Shown: one piece after another, positions 20,058 to 28,971 of the stretch
How positions within the stretch are numbered: position 1 is the stretch's first letter
Layout of the letters: the number at the start of each line of letters is the position of its first letter
Assembly: GCA_024650005.2 (NCBI GenBank)
Contig: CP122380.1
Coordinates: 800,001 to 864,000 of the forward strand
Origin: Candidatus Bathyarchaeum tardum
GTDB lineage: Archaea; Thermoproteota; Bathyarchaeia; Bathyarchaeales; Bathyarchaeaceae
Length of the DNA: 64,000 nt
Direction of reading: 5' to 3'
Position numbers and translations under genes: made by a program
The notes under the pieces: model-generated
The model's input: only the letters and a program-made list of their open reading frames with translations
Database searches by the model: none
Told to the model about the DNA's origin: nothing

Positions 20058-20321
20058 ATGGTTCTTGAAGCCTACGAAGAAGAAGTTTTAGAAGCGATGT
20101 ATGACAACCATCTGATTGGAAATCAATATTCTTCCATTCAAAATGTAAGTTCAAGAATCAAATGGCAAGCCATATGCCAAAAATATGGCATAAAAAAGAA
20201 ATTTTCAAAGGTCATCAAACGATTAGCAAATAAGGGATATATTGACACCCATGGAAAATCAGGAAATGTAGCAGCTCTCACCAAGTTAGGTGTATTATAT
20301 GTCCTTGGAAAAAAATCATGA
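20058..20321 (+). CDS. Small basic wHTH-like protein
   Basis: KVIKRLANKGYI...ALTKLG wing motif. Confidence 0.65.
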   Translation: MVLEAYEEEVLEAMYDNHLIGNQYSSIQNVSSRIKWQAICQKYGIKKKFSKVIKRLANKGYIDTHGKSGNVAALTKLGVLYVLGKKS

Positions 20322-20552
20322 TTTTCAGGATGATTCTCAAAAGATAATGATTCTAAAACTTCATTTATAAAAGAGAGATTGAGGCGGTTTTTTAGCAGCT
20401 TCAAATGTGAAAAGTTTGGTTTGTTTTGCAAGGGTAAATTCTATATTTTTGGTTGCTAGGGGACCTGTTAAATTTTGTTGGAATTTTGTAGTTGGATGAT
20501 TTGTTACAAAGTTAACCTGAGCATGTGTCTTATGAAAGTGTTTGATTGAATA

Positions 20553-20972
20553 TTATTTTGCGATAAATCTAGCCGTAAAAGACAACGTGATTGCTATCCA
20601 TTCAAGTAACGTGTGTCTGCTCAGGGTAGTCATCAAGTCTTGTGTTTGAAATAAGGTTAACATTAAGAAAATAAGGGATATTATTCCAAATCCCGTTCCA
20701 AGGGCTATTAACAGTTTTGCGGATCGGGTTTTGTTTTTTATAAGTAAATATCCTCCTAAGATTACGATAAATCCGCCTAGGACAGTTATTGTTATGAAAA
20801 TTAGTTCCACAAGTTGGATTATTTGAATAATGAGTTGGTTTTGGGTCATAAGGGTTAAATTTTCAATTATCAAGTCGTAAGTTCCCGTTGGGCCTTTTTG
20901 TCCTGAAATTATCAAAAGAGTGCCTGCAACAATTGCTAAAAAAGCTGCGACTTTGTTTCTTGCATTGACCAT
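20553..20972 (-). CDS. Four-TM hypothetical membrane protein
   Basis: Four hydrophobic segments. Confidence 0.7.
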   Translation of the reverse strand: MVNARNKVAAFLAIVAGTLLIISGQKGPTGTYDLIIENLTLMTQNQLIIQIIQLVELIFITITVLGGFIVILGGYLLIKNKTRSAKLLIALGTGFGIISLIFLMLTLFQTQDLMTTLSRHTLLEWIAITLSFTARFIAK

Positions 20973-21120
20973 TTGTAAAAACTCTAAGGATTTGTATGTT
21001 AATAGTTTGATTAAAGGTATATTAATCCTAAACAGTTCAAAAGTGTTATTCGGTTTTGTTTGTATATTTGTTTCGATGATACTAGAATTTTAGCTTGCAT
21101 GGTCTGCCTTTTATTTGAAT

Positions 21121-21214
21121 CAAAAATTCTGTTTTTGTTTTGTTGTTTGAGTTGAAAAATTGTTTGAAAAACAACATTTTGGAAAGAATATAGAAGTTGT
21201 TGTTTTTTGAGCAG
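21121..21214 (+). repeat. Array repeat element, truncated inside the IR2 loop
   Basis: TTGAGTTGAAAAATTGTTTGAAAAACAACATTTTGGAAAGAATATAGAAGTTGTTGTTTTTTGAGCAG, then the relE stop at 21218. Confidence 0.85.
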
Positions 21215-21217
21215 CAC

Positions 21218-21499
21218 TCATGAGAGGTTTGAATACGCGTTTTTTCTGGTTTCTGCGTGGGTAACGTATATGGTTTTTTGTTTTTTATCCACTTGAAAAA
21301 TTATTCTGTAGTTACCGATTCTTATTCTAAAAGTTTTTTGCAAGCCTTTGATTTTTTTTATGTCCATGTTTTTCAAGGTTAATGGATAATTTTCGAGTTT
21401 TATAATGTGGTTAATAATTCTTTGTTTCAGGTTTTCGTTTTTTATTGTTGTTAAAAATTTCTGTACTCGGTGGTGAGCTACAACTTTGTATTTAGGCAC
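21218..21499 (-). CDS. RelE/ParE family toxin
   Basis: DIKKIKGLQKTFRIRIGNYRIIFQVD...RKNAY. Confidence 0.9.
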   Translation of the reverse strand: MPKYKVVAHHRVQKFLTTIKNENLKQRIINHIIKLENYPLTLKNMDIKKIKGLQKTFRIRIGNYRIIFQVDKKQKTIYVTHAETRKNAYSNLS

Positions 21500-21704
21500 T
21501 CTGGAGTTCCTCGAGTGTTACACAATTTCCTTTTTTCATCTCTTGGACTGATTGGTTTATTTCTTCAATTTTTTCTTTGCTTAGTGCTACTTCTGGAAGG
21601 CTTTTTATGATCACTTCTTCGATAACGTCTTCAATTAGCCTAAGTTGTTCATTCATTTTTTTGACTTCGTCGTAAATCATTTCAAGAGTAACATTAGCAG
21701 ACAT
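21492..21704 (-). CDS. Putative antitoxin for RelE
   Basis: 70-aa acidic protein overlapping relE, ends EMKKGNCVTLEEL. Confidence 0.8.
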   Translation of the reverse strand: MSANVTLEMIYDEVKKMNEQLRLIEDVIEEVIIKSLPEVALSKEKIEEINQSVQEMKKGNCVTLEELQSA

Positions 21705-22030
21705 ACATTTTTCCCTGAAATAACAAAGGAATATGCCATTTATATGCTTTCATCCAAGTTTACAGTTACATAACTAAAAGATACGAGTTAGAGTTTAATT
21801 TTTTAGTAGTTTTTTTGTCCAAAACTATCTGTTTTTTGTTTTGTAAGGTTCTTCAGAGTTCCTGTTTACGATTGACAAATAGTTGTATCATGAGTATGAT
21901 ACTCTTGTTTCAACTATCTGTAGGTGACGCCATCGGATCCTAAAAAAAGGTTATTCTATCAAATGGTTGTTGCACAGAACAATGATGTTTCAGGCATGAT
22001 CTAACGTTTGTAGAATTTTTTGTTAAGAAT

Positions 22031-22075
22031 ATTCTGTCTTGTTGTTTAAGTTAAAAAATGTTTGAACAACCACAT
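22031..22075 (+). repeat. Array repeat element, partial IR1
   Basis: GTTGTTTAAGTTAAAAAATGTTTGAACAAC directly before the duplicated MNT-HEPN block. Confidence 0.7.
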
Positions 22076-22183
22076 GTAGTTAGAGTTTGTAGGCGTTGTA
22101 GAGTTTTGTATCTATTTCTTTTTGGGGTGATTGATGGGTGTTGATGGCATCTTTTAAAAAGGGCTAGAGTAGTTAGTTTATTT

Positions 22184-22486
22184 GTGGGCAGCATGAAGTC
22201 AATTGATGAAATAAAAGGTGTTTTGGTTGAACATAAAAGGGAGCTAAGAGAAAGATTTCATGTAAAAGAGATTGGTGTTTTTGGTTCTTTTGTGAGAAAA
22301 GAACAAAAAAAGGGAAGTGATGTTGATGTGTTGGTTGATTTTTTTGAGACCATAGATTTGTTTACGTTTGTTGAACTTGAGAATTATTTAAGTGAGCTTT
22401 TAGGGGTTAAAGTTGATCTAGTTATGAAGGGAGCTCTTAAGCCTCGGTTGGAGGAGAGAATTTTAAGTGAGGCTGTTTATGTGTGA
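22184..22486 (+). CDS. Minimal nucleotidyltransferase (MNT) antitoxin (copy 1)
   Basis: GVFGSFVR..SDVDVLVDF..LLGVKVDLV. Confidence 0.93.
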   Translation: MGSMKSIDEIKGVLVEHKRELRERFHVKEIGVFGSFVRKEQKKGSDVDVLVDFFETIDLFTFVELENYLSELLGVKVDLVMKGALKPRLEERILSEAVYV

Positions 22487-22824
22487 GAGATTTTCGTGTC
22501 TACCTTGAAGATATGGTTGAAGCCATTAATTGTATAGAGGAGTACACGCGGGGGATGAGTTATGAAGCATTTGTTAAGGATAGAAAAACCGTAGATGCTG
22601 TAGTTAGAAATTTTGAAATCATTGGTGAAGCAGCTAAAAACGTTCCAAATGAGGTAAGAAAAATTTACTCCAACTTGCCTTGGAAGGAAATGTCAGGAAT
22701 GAGAGATAAACTGATCCATGCATATTTTGGAGTTAAATTAGATGTTTTATGGAAAACAATTAAAGAACGCTTAATTGTGGTAAAATTATTAGTTGAAGAA
22801 GCTCTGGTCGAATTGGAACAATAA
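22483..22824 (+). CDS. HEPN/DUF86 (HepT-like) toxin (copy 1)
   Basis: DAVVRNFEIIGEA; Rx4H motif RDKLIHAYF. Confidence 0.93.
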   Translation: MRDFRVYLEDMVEAINCIEEYTRGMSYEAFVKDRKTVDAVVRNFEIIGEAAKNVPNEVRKIYSNLPWKEMSGMRDKLIHAYFGVKLDVLWKTIKERLIVVKLLVEEALVELEQ

Positions 22825-22867
22825 AGACTGAACGGACAGTTTCTATTCGAATTCTGTTTTGTGTAAA

Positions 22868-22990
22868 CAAAAATTCTGTTTTCTTTTTGTTGTCTGAGTT
22901 GAAAAATGTGTGAACAACAACATTTTGTAATTAGTGTAGAAGTTGTTGTTTTTTGCTCAGGTAATTTACAACTACTACTGGTTCAAAGAG
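22868..22990 (+). repeat. Array repeat element (IR1 plus IR2, GTT type)
   Basis: CAACAACATTTTG 22915-22927; AGTTGTTGT..CAGGTAATTT..ACAACTACT. Confidence 0.9.
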
Positions 22991-23104
22991 TGTCAAACTT
23001 CAGAAAAAACATTCTTGTAGTTAACTAATTAATTTATGAAAGTTGGTTTTTTCTGGTTTTGATTTTTTATGGATTTTTGGTGTTAGAAATTGTGAGGCGT
23101 ATTT

Positions 23105-23512
23105 TTATTTTGTGGATTTTGTGATGTCGTTCAGTCTTAAAGCTTTGGTATTGGATGCGATCTTTTTTGTTAGTTGCAAATCTTCGGTTATAAGTGTTAG
23201 TTCTTTTGCTTTGGCATGGTAAGTGTATGAGGCGTCATAGAATGTGATTTTCAGTTTTGTTGCGGTTTCTAGTATTTCTTCTTCGGTGCAGTTTATTTGT
23301 GTGATTTCCATGAGGTTTAGTGTTTGCTTGATTATTTTTGCTAGTTTTTTAATTTCTTGATCTGTAGCGTTGGCGTGTAAGGAATAATTTTTCCATAGGA
23401 TGTTTCCCAGTTCGTACCTTGCCAGTTCTATTGTGTGGTTTCCAATTAGAAAGTCGATTTTGTTTTCTTTTATGGCGTTAAATATGGCAGATGAGTCGAA
23501 TAGGTATTTCAT
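23105..23512 (-). CDS. vapC: VapC/PIN toxin (second family, copy 1)
   Basis: YLFDSSAI, YELGN, ITFYDASY, LITED. Confidence 0.92.
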   Translation of the reverse strand: MKYLFDSSAIFNAIKENKIDFLIGNHTIELARYELGNILWKNYSLHANATDQEIKKLAKIIKQTLNLMEITQINCTEEEILETATKLKITFYDASYTYHAKAKELTLITEDLQLTKKIASNTKALRLNDITKSTK

Positions 23513-23739
23513 TTACGGTTTCTGTCCTCTCTTATGCCCTTCACTATGTTTTCTATGTTTACCCTGTTGAGTGTTGGTTTTAGTTTTTGTATGTCTTCTT
23601 TGAGTTTTTCTGCTTCTCTTCGTCTTATTTCGTCTTCTATGGCTTTTCGTAATAGTTTGGATGGTTTAATGTTTAGTTGTTTTATTTTTTCTTTGAGTTC
23701 TTGGGGAATTTTTGTGGATACGGTTACAGACTTGTTCAA
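23509..23739 (-). CDS. RHH/VapB-type antitoxin (copy 1)
   Basis: VTVSTKIPQELKEKIKQLNIKPSKLLRKAIEDEI; overlaps vapC. Confidence 0.85.
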   Translation of the reverse strand: MNKSVTVSTKIPQELKEKIKQLNIKPSKLLRKAIEDEIRRREAEKLKEDIQKLKPTLNRVNIENIVKGIREDRNRK

Positions 23740-24039
23740 ATTCTCACCACTAGGTAATATAAATTAGAAGAATAAAAAGTTTACAATATTTTCTTACCAG
23801 CTATTACGCCTTTTTTTGTCAAAATACAATCATTAAACAAAAAACTCTTTGGCTTTGATTCTGCCCACTCCATTCCATCCCAGTTTTCATACATAGCTAA
23901 TTTTGGATGCAAATGTGGTTATGTTCTTTAAATCTAGCTTAGCTTCAAGGACCAAGTTTGTTGTCGCGTGAGGAATCGACAATAATAGAGCTTTCTTTTC
24001 TCGATTTTTGTTGTTTATGAATTGATGATGTTATTGTTT

Positions 24040-24197
24040 GGTCAGAGTTTTATGTTTTCAGTTTGACTGCAGAGGGTTTTTTGTGAATAAGGTTTTAGAT
24101 TTCAAGCATGGTTTAAGGATAGTTTATGAGAATAGAAAAAGACTATTTACTGGTCATCACTTTTTATCCGGTGAGGCGAGACAGATATGGCATATAA
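24040..24197. pseudogene. Fused remnants: 3' end of the 38635-39015 gene (minus) and 3' end of a DUF4258-like gene (plus)
   Basis: 24040-24090 matches 38625-38675; then HGLRIVYENRK, frameshift, LLVITFYPVRRDRYGI* overlapping the DUF2283 start. Confidence 0.7.
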
Positions 24198-24399
24198 AAT
24201 TAGGTACGATGATGAGTCAGATGTGCTCACCTTAGTCGTAGTTGACAAGGGTAAACTGTCTTACGCTGAAGAAGTAGGGGACATAGTAGTTCATTTTGAT
24301 GAAAAAGGAAACCCCTTATTCATGGACATCCTTAAAGCCAGCAAGATCGTCCCGCTAATGGTTCAAAGTTTAGCTAAAAAAGAAGTTATAACAGCATAA
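24187..24399 (+). CDS. DUF2283-family protein (predicted antitoxin)
   Basis: KIRYDDESDVLTL...DIVVHFDEKGNPLFMDILKASK. Confidence 0.85.
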   Translation: MAYKIRYDDESDVLTLVVVDKGKLSYAEEVGDIVVHFDEKGNPLFMDILKASKIVPLMVQSLAKKEVITA

Positions 24400-24460
24400 C
24401 AGAACTTTTGAATAACAACAAATGTAGTTGTAGTTGGTTCAGCAACTGTCGCTACCAGGG

Positions 24461-24594
24461 CAACAACTGTTTTGGAAAGAGTGTAGAAGTAGTCATCTTT
24501 TTGGTACCCAGAATGGACGACTACTACTACCTTAAGGAATGGGTCAAAACACGTTTGTTGCTTGAACCTGATTATGTAAAAAATGCTGGTTTTG
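24461..24594 (+). repeat. Array repeat element (IR2 plus spacer, IR3 absent)
   Basis: CAACAACTGTTTTGGAAAGAG..AGTAGTCATC..GACGACTACT..TTGAACCTGATTATGTAAAAAATGCTGGTTTTG. Confidence 0.9.
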
Positions 24595-24658
24595 GTGGGT
24601 TTTGGATTTTTTAGATCCGAATTAGCATTTGTTTAATTGTTATAGACAACTTTTTTTG

Positions 24659-24877
24659 TTATTCTATTAGGTTTAGAATTTCTTCTTTTGTTAAGTCAGC
24701 TTCGGATATTATTGCCAACAGTAGTCCTGTTTTTATTTCTCTGTGTTTTGGAACGGGAACTATGGTTTCGTTTTTGATTAGAATTAAGTGGCTTCCTTTT
24801 TGTCGGGCAACTTGAAAACCTGCTTTGGCTAGGGCTTTTACTACTTTACGCCAAGAGAGCAGTGGGAGTTTCGACAA
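24659..24877 (-). CDS. hicA: HicA family toxin (copy 2)
   Basis: RQKGSH motif; downstream of intact hicB. Confidence 0.92.
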   Translation of the reverse strand: MSKLPLLSWRKVVKALAKAGFQVARQKGSHLILIKNETIVPVPKHREIKTGLLLAIISEADLTKEEILNLIE

Positions 24878-25079
24878 TGACCTCAGCCCGTTCTCCTTTA
24901 TGGCCGTGGCTCAAAAGTTCCGCTTTTACTTCTAAGTATCCTTCTATGGCTTCTTTGATGTTTTTTAGAGCTTCTTGCTTTGTTTCACCCTGAGTGGCTA
25001 CTGGAAGTTCGACACATTTTACCACAAAGCCGCCTTCTTCTGCAGGTTCTAACAAGACTGTGAAAGTACGGGCATCCAT
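24846..25079 (-). CDS. hicB: HicB family antitoxin
   Basis: EPAEEGGFVVKCVELPVATQGETKQEALKNIKEAIEGYLE. Confidence 0.92.
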   Translation of the reverse strand: MDARTFTVLLEPAEEGGFVVKCVELPVATQGETKQEALKNIKEAIEGYLEVKAELLSHGHKGERAEVIVETPTALLA

Positions 25080-25134
25080 TAGAATTACCTAAAAACCAAT
25101 GGTTGTGGCAACAATATGAAGTTATCTGAAAATA

Positions 25135-25366
25135 GTTGTTGTTCGTGTTGAAAATTGTTTGAACAACAACGTTTTGGAAAGAGCATGGAAGTAGTCGTCT
25201 TTTTGGTATACAGTTACTGGATGACTACTACTCCCTTAAAGAGTGCATTAAAACCTGTTTGGACCGTTGAACACGATTTTGCATAATATGCTAGTTTTGT
25301 TGTTGTTGGGGGGTAGGGGGGGTCAACAACAACATTTTTGTTTGTTGAAAAATTGTTTGAACAATA
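25135..25366 (+). repeat. Array repeat element, most complete copy (IR1-IR2-IR3 plus start of a new IR1)
   Basis: GTTGTTGTTC 25135-25144 / GAACAACAAC 25161-25170; AGTAGTCGTC 25190-25199 / GATGACTACT 25220-25229; GTTGTTGTTG 25299-25308 / CAACAACAAC 25324-25333. Confidence 0.95.
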
Positions 25367-25400
25367 ATTGTGGGAGTATGAGGATGACGCGGATGTGTTT

Positions 25401-25904
25401 TTACTTAATGCTTGATTGTATATGGCAAAGATGTTTTCGGATTTCTTCGATTTGCTTTGTGGTTATATTTTCTAAGGCTTTTTCTATTTCTAATAGGAAG
25501 TTATGAGCAGATTTTACGTTTTTTGTGATTGTTGTTTGTTCAAGTTCATTAGTTACATAGTATTGGCTTTCTATTCGCATTTGTTTAGCTTTAGAAATTT
25601 CATCAATCAGGTTTTTGGCAAGTATTTTATGGTCTGCAAGTAATTTTGCCACTTTGATGCTGCAATCGTGTATTTCAGATTTGATTCCCAGTTTCATTAA
25701 TAGCGCATATAGTGCAAAATATTTAGCGTAATACGCTGTTGTTATTACCCAGTCAGTTTCGTTTATTTGTAAAGCTGCATCCATTGTATGCAAGGAGCTT
25801 TCGGCTTTTTTTACGTATACCCTGGATAGGTTTTCATTTGGTTCGATTAGTCTTATTCCCTTTTTTTGTCTAAAACACCATTCAACAGATCTACGTAGCA
25901 ACAT
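25401..25904 (-). CDS. HEPN domain protein
   Basis: TTAYYAKYFALYALL, SEIHDC, RIESQYY. Confidence 0.85.
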   Translation of the reverse strand: MLLRRSVEWCFRQKKGIRLIEPNENLSRVYVKKAESSLHTMDAALQINETDWVITTAYYAKYFALYALLMKLGIKSEIHDCSIKVAKLLADHKILAKNLIDEISKAKQMRIESQYYVTNELEQTTITKNVKSAHNFLLEIEKALENITTKQIEEIRKHLCHIQSSIK

Positions 25905-26502
25905 AGTTCCTCCATAACAAGTTTACAAACAAGTCTGGGTTTTGTAAAATGAAGTGGTTTTTTATTATTTCTTTTACCAGGGGGTCTCCAGTTGTTAGAG
26001 CTTGATTGAAATTTTTGATAGAGGATGTTTTGACGTTTAGTTCTTTGCCGTAGATTTTGCCAATTTTTTTTATGTTTGTCATTTGGTTTTCTGAAATTTT
26101 TCCAAGATGAAAAAGGTCTATGTCACTGGTTTCGGTTGCATAATTTTTTGCGTAGCTTCCAAAGAGTGCAACGGTTCCCTGAAGGTTTACGTCCATAAGG
26201 TGTTGGGATATTTTTTTGAGTAAAAAATTTTTTTGTAGATATTTTATGGTTTCAAGTTTTTCAGATAACATAAGATATTCTTTTGTCAATATGTTGCTGA
26301 ACTCAAGGCAGTATTCTTTGTTTCTTCCCACTTTTTGTGATTGCAGTATTTTGTTCTTTTCAAGGTTTTTAAGGTAAGGCAGTAATGTAACATGACTTGT
26401 GTTGAGAAGTTTGGCGAGGGCTCTTACATGGAAGCTTTTGTTGTAATCTGTTCTGTATAATGCTAGTATTGAAAAAAGATAATTGGTAATTTTTACGACC
26501 AT
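25891..26502 (-). CDS. wHTH-nucleotidyltransferase (MNT-type antitoxin)
   Basis: HVRALAKLLNTSHVTLLPYLKNLEK HTH; LFGSYAK..SDIDLF; likely start is ATG 26502 because the upstream extension overlaps a hicA pseudogene. Confidence 0.87.
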   Translation of the reverse strand: MVVKITNYLFSILALYRTDYNKSFHVRALAKLLNTSHVTLLPYLKNLEKNKILQSQKVGRNKEYCLEFSNILTKEYLMLSEKLETIKYLQKNFLLKKISQHLMDVNLQGTVALFGSYAKNYATETSDIDLFHLGKISENQMTNIKKIGKIYGKELNVKTSSIKNFNQALTTGDPLVKEIIKNHFILQNPDLFVNLLWRNYVAT

Positions 26503-26539
26503 ATGGTATAAAGTATTACCAGTATTATTTAAGTTTTTA

Positions 26540-26696
26540 CTAGCATGAAACAGCCCCAAGACGGACAGGTACTGCGATTCGGATTTTTCTCTCATCCATC
26601 ATGATCATGTGAGCCCTTTTGGAGGACGATTTTGAGGCCTGTTTTTTGTAGAATTTTTATGAGTTGTTTGAAGTCTAAAGGTGAAATTTTAGGCTA
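26540..26696 (-). pseudogene. hicA pseudogene
   Basis: Reads PKISPLDFKQLIKILQKTGLKIVLQKGSH, frameshift, IMMDERKIRIAVPV; TAG where the start codon is expected. Confidence 0.8.
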
Positions 26697-26916
26697 GTAT
26701 CTTCACTTTTTGTATTCCAACTATTCTTTGTTGGAGAGAGTCTTGTTTTTCGTCATTGTCTAATGTTTCAAGGTACAAGTCGATGGTCTCTTTTGCATTG
26801 TCCATAAGTTCTTCTAAAGTATCTCCCTGAGTGTGGCATCCTGGCAACGCTGGAACAAGCGCCACGTATCCACCAGTTTCGTCTTCGATGATAACGATGT
26901 CAACCTCTTTCATCAT
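26689..26916 (-). CDS. hicB: HicB family antitoxin (orphaned)
   Basis: EDETGGYVALVPALPGCHTQGDTLEELMDNAKETIDLYLE. Confidence 0.92.
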   Translation of the reverse strand: MMKEVDIVIIEDETGGYVALVPALPGCHTQGDTLEELMDNAKETIDLYLETLDNDEKQDSLQQRIVGIQKVKILA

Positions 26917-26993
26917 AATCCAATTACAATGAGCTTCAAGGGCTAATATAACAGTTTTGAAGCAACTAATTGGTTATAGTAAGGCTTAAACAA

Positions 26994-27180
26994 GTGAAAA
27001 GATGGTTGAACAACAACATTTTGGAAAGAATACAGAAGTAGTCGTCTTTTTTTTACAGAATTCTGGACGACTACTACTTCTTTAAAGAATGCATTAAAGC
27101 AGGTTTGTTGGTTGGATAGGATTATGTAATAATGCTAGTTTTGTTGTTGTTGGGGGTAGGGGGGTCAACAACAACATTTG
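26994..27180 (+). repeat. Array repeat element, near full length
   Basis: AGTAGTCGTC..GACGACTACT; GTTGTTGTTG 27143-27152 / CAACAACAAC 27166-27175; 27035-27175 closely matches 39850-39990. Confidence 0.95.
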
Positions 27181-27232
27181 GTTTTGTGGGAAAAATTCCA
27201 TAAAAAGAGCGTATTTTTTGATACAGATGAAT

Positions 27233-27583
27233 TTATCGGGTTTTTATGCAAATTTCGTCGTTTTTGAGCCATACATAAATAGGTGTTCCCTTTTCCAGCC
27301 CGAGTTGTTCTTCAATCTGCTTAGGTATGTAAACTGCAAGGTTGTTTCCACATTTTGTGACCTTCCTTTGCAACGGATTTACTTCTCCAAAAAGACCTAA
27401 AGTTTCTGCTAAATGTTGCACTTTTTCAGCGTCTTCAAATGGTATAAGTTCATATCCGCATAAGGAACATTTGTATCCCCGTATTGGGAGGCTTCCTTTA
27501 GGAAACTTAGTTTCCAGAATGTCAGCTTGCATTTCTCCGCCACATTCATAGCATTTCATTTTTTCAGATTTTTCCATTTTCAT
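27233..27583 (-). CDS. YgiT/MqsA-type zinc finger fused to AbrB domain (predicted antitoxin)
   Basis: CYECGG...CSLCGYE; RKVTKCGNNLAVYIPKQIEEQLGLEKG. Confidence 0.85.
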   Translation of the reverse strand: MKMEKSEKMKCYECGGEMQADILETKFPKGSLPIRGYKCSLCGYELIPFEDAEKVQHLAETLGLFGEVNPLQRKVTKCGNNLAVYIPKQIEEQLGLEKGTPIYVWLKNDEICIKTR

Positions 27584-27589
27584 CGCTCC

Positions 27590-27826
27590 TTATACTAATT
27601 TTCTTCGTGATGTGGATACGCCTCGCACTTCAATACGGTCGGCATATTCGGTTAAATACACTATGATTGTTCTTCGACTGATCCATTTGGCATATCTGCC
27701 TCCTTGGATGCCATCTGGATTTGTTATGGTCTCCCTCACGTCTGAGGTGCGGATTGGCGGGGCTTCACAATTCATTCCTTCGTAGGCGTGTTTGTTTATG
27801 TAAACCCATTTACCACGTATTATCAT
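27590..27826 (-). CDS. DUF4258-like small protein (predicted toxin)
   Basis: INKHAYEGM...DVRETITNPD...IIVYL; upstream of the YgiT-AbrB gene; ATG 27826 preferred over the ORF-track start. Confidence 0.6.
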   Translation of the reverse strand: MIIRGKWVYINKHAYEGMNCEAPPIRTSDVRETITNPDGIQGGRYAKWISRRTIIVYLTEYADRIEVRGVSTSRRKLV

Positions 27827-27849
27827 GATGGAAAACCATGAATATATAC

Positions 27850-27883
27850 TTTGTAAGTATTTATAAGTATTTATACTTACAAA
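27850..27883. promoter_or_regulatory. Inverted repeat around a TATA-like box, candidate operator
   Basis: TTTGTAAGTAT-TTATAAGTATTT-ATACTTACAAA. Confidence 0.65.
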
Positions 27884-28166
27884 AAAGTTGTTAGGCATGT
27901 GTACCTTTAAAACATGGACGTTATCACGCTCAGGTGACCCCGCACTCCACTTGGCACGCAGCTTGGTTACCTAACTATTAGTTAGTATCGCGAAATATTA
28001 TTTAAATCAGTATCTGGGAAATTTTCCCAGATAGTTTGAATCTTTTCGGCGTTATGTCGTAAACCGCAACTCTGAAATTCTTCGTGGAAACTCAGAAAAA
28101 ACATTTCACAGGAGATTATTTGTCTGAGGCTGATATTGTCAAAGAAACTGCAATTACCTGTGATAA

Positions 28167-28240
28167 ACGATTATGTAAATATGCTAGTTTTGTTGTTGTT
28201 GGGGGGTAGGGGGGTCAACAACAACATTTGTGTTTAAAGG
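28167..28240 (+). repeat. Array repeat element, G-loop IR3
   Basis: ATGCTAGTTTTGTTGTTGTTGGGGGGTAGGGGGGTCAACAACAACATTTGTGTTT. Confidence 0.92.
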
Positions 28241-28330
28241 AAAAATTGTTGTAAGAATATGCAGTATTGGGTTTTTTGATGTTTCTAGGTGGATCACATA
28301 AAGATGTTAGTTGGTTTGGGTAAAGTTTGG
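28241..28330 (+). pseudogene. Leader and first codons of the epimerase (stub)
   Basis: TTTCTAGGTGGATCACATAAAGATGTTAGTTGGTTTGGGTAAAGTTTGG matches 15178-15200 and 40051-40101. Confidence 0.7.
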
Positions 28331-28502
28331 TTTGTTTGCCATGCGCTTGAAGCTGTCGTCATGGGTGCTGGTTTTGTTTATGTTTATGTTTAGTGAATGG
28401 ATTGTACCTATTATTGTTGCATCTCTGTCGCCTAAGCTGTCTGTGTATGGGTGTTGTAGTAGTTTTTCCAGGGTTTATGTCATTGTTTGCTTGTTGAAGT
28501 TT
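28322..28502 (-). pseudogene. VapC/PIN C-terminal remnant
   Basis: Reads LGDRDATIIGTIHSLNININKTSTHDDSFKRMANK with an upstream in-frame stop. Confidence 0.7.
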
Positions 28503-28509
28503 TCGATTT

Positions 28510-28959
28510 TCATGTTTCTAAGATTAATTCAGTGTCGTTGTATTTCCATTTTTTAAAGAAATACAAAAAATTCATTCCCAGCAGACTGTACGCTTGCATG
28601 CTTTGAATGGGAGTTAACGGATTTGGGTTTGGTGGCATACAATATATCATTTGTAAGCTAAAACTTGCAATTTCTTTTTTGTGGGTTAACCAACCATTTT
28701 CAACTTCAAGAAAAAGTTTTGCATCAGGCAAACAATATGGCAAGACATTACCATTTGCTGTAGTACAAGGGTGAGTTGTGTTAGTTAGGACCGAGCAATT
28801 TATTCCTAATCGGGTAACATCGCTGCTCAGTAACGTTGTTGTAGAACAGCCGGTATCCACGATGAAGTGTATTGGTTTTGGATGTGTAAACTGTTTACAA
28901 TGAATGTGCCCAAAGATATGTCCATGTCTTGAAGAATCCAAATTAGCGATTAAGCGCAA
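28510..28959 (-). CDS. Retropepsin-like (clan AA) aspartyl protease
   Basis: FIVDTGCSTT catalytic motif, TANG flap, SLLGMNFL. Confidence 0.85.
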   Translation of the reverse strand: MRLIANLDSSRHGHIFGHIHCKQFTHPKPIHFIVDTGCSTTTLLSSDVTRLGINCSVLTNTTHPCTTANGNVLPYCLPDAKLFLEVENGWLTHKKEIASFSLQMIYCMPPNPNPLTPIQSMQAYSLLGMNFLYFFKKWKYNDTELILET

Positions 28960-28971
28960 ATTGTGAACGCC

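Noticed and set aside
25267-25506. ORFs over the element (also 11535-11780, 21011-21217, 24408-24614, 36206-36517) and a minus-strand VVVDPPY reading resembling a methyltransferase motif
   Set aside because: G-tract lengths vary between copies and break frame; triplet-repeat arms create spurious open frames.
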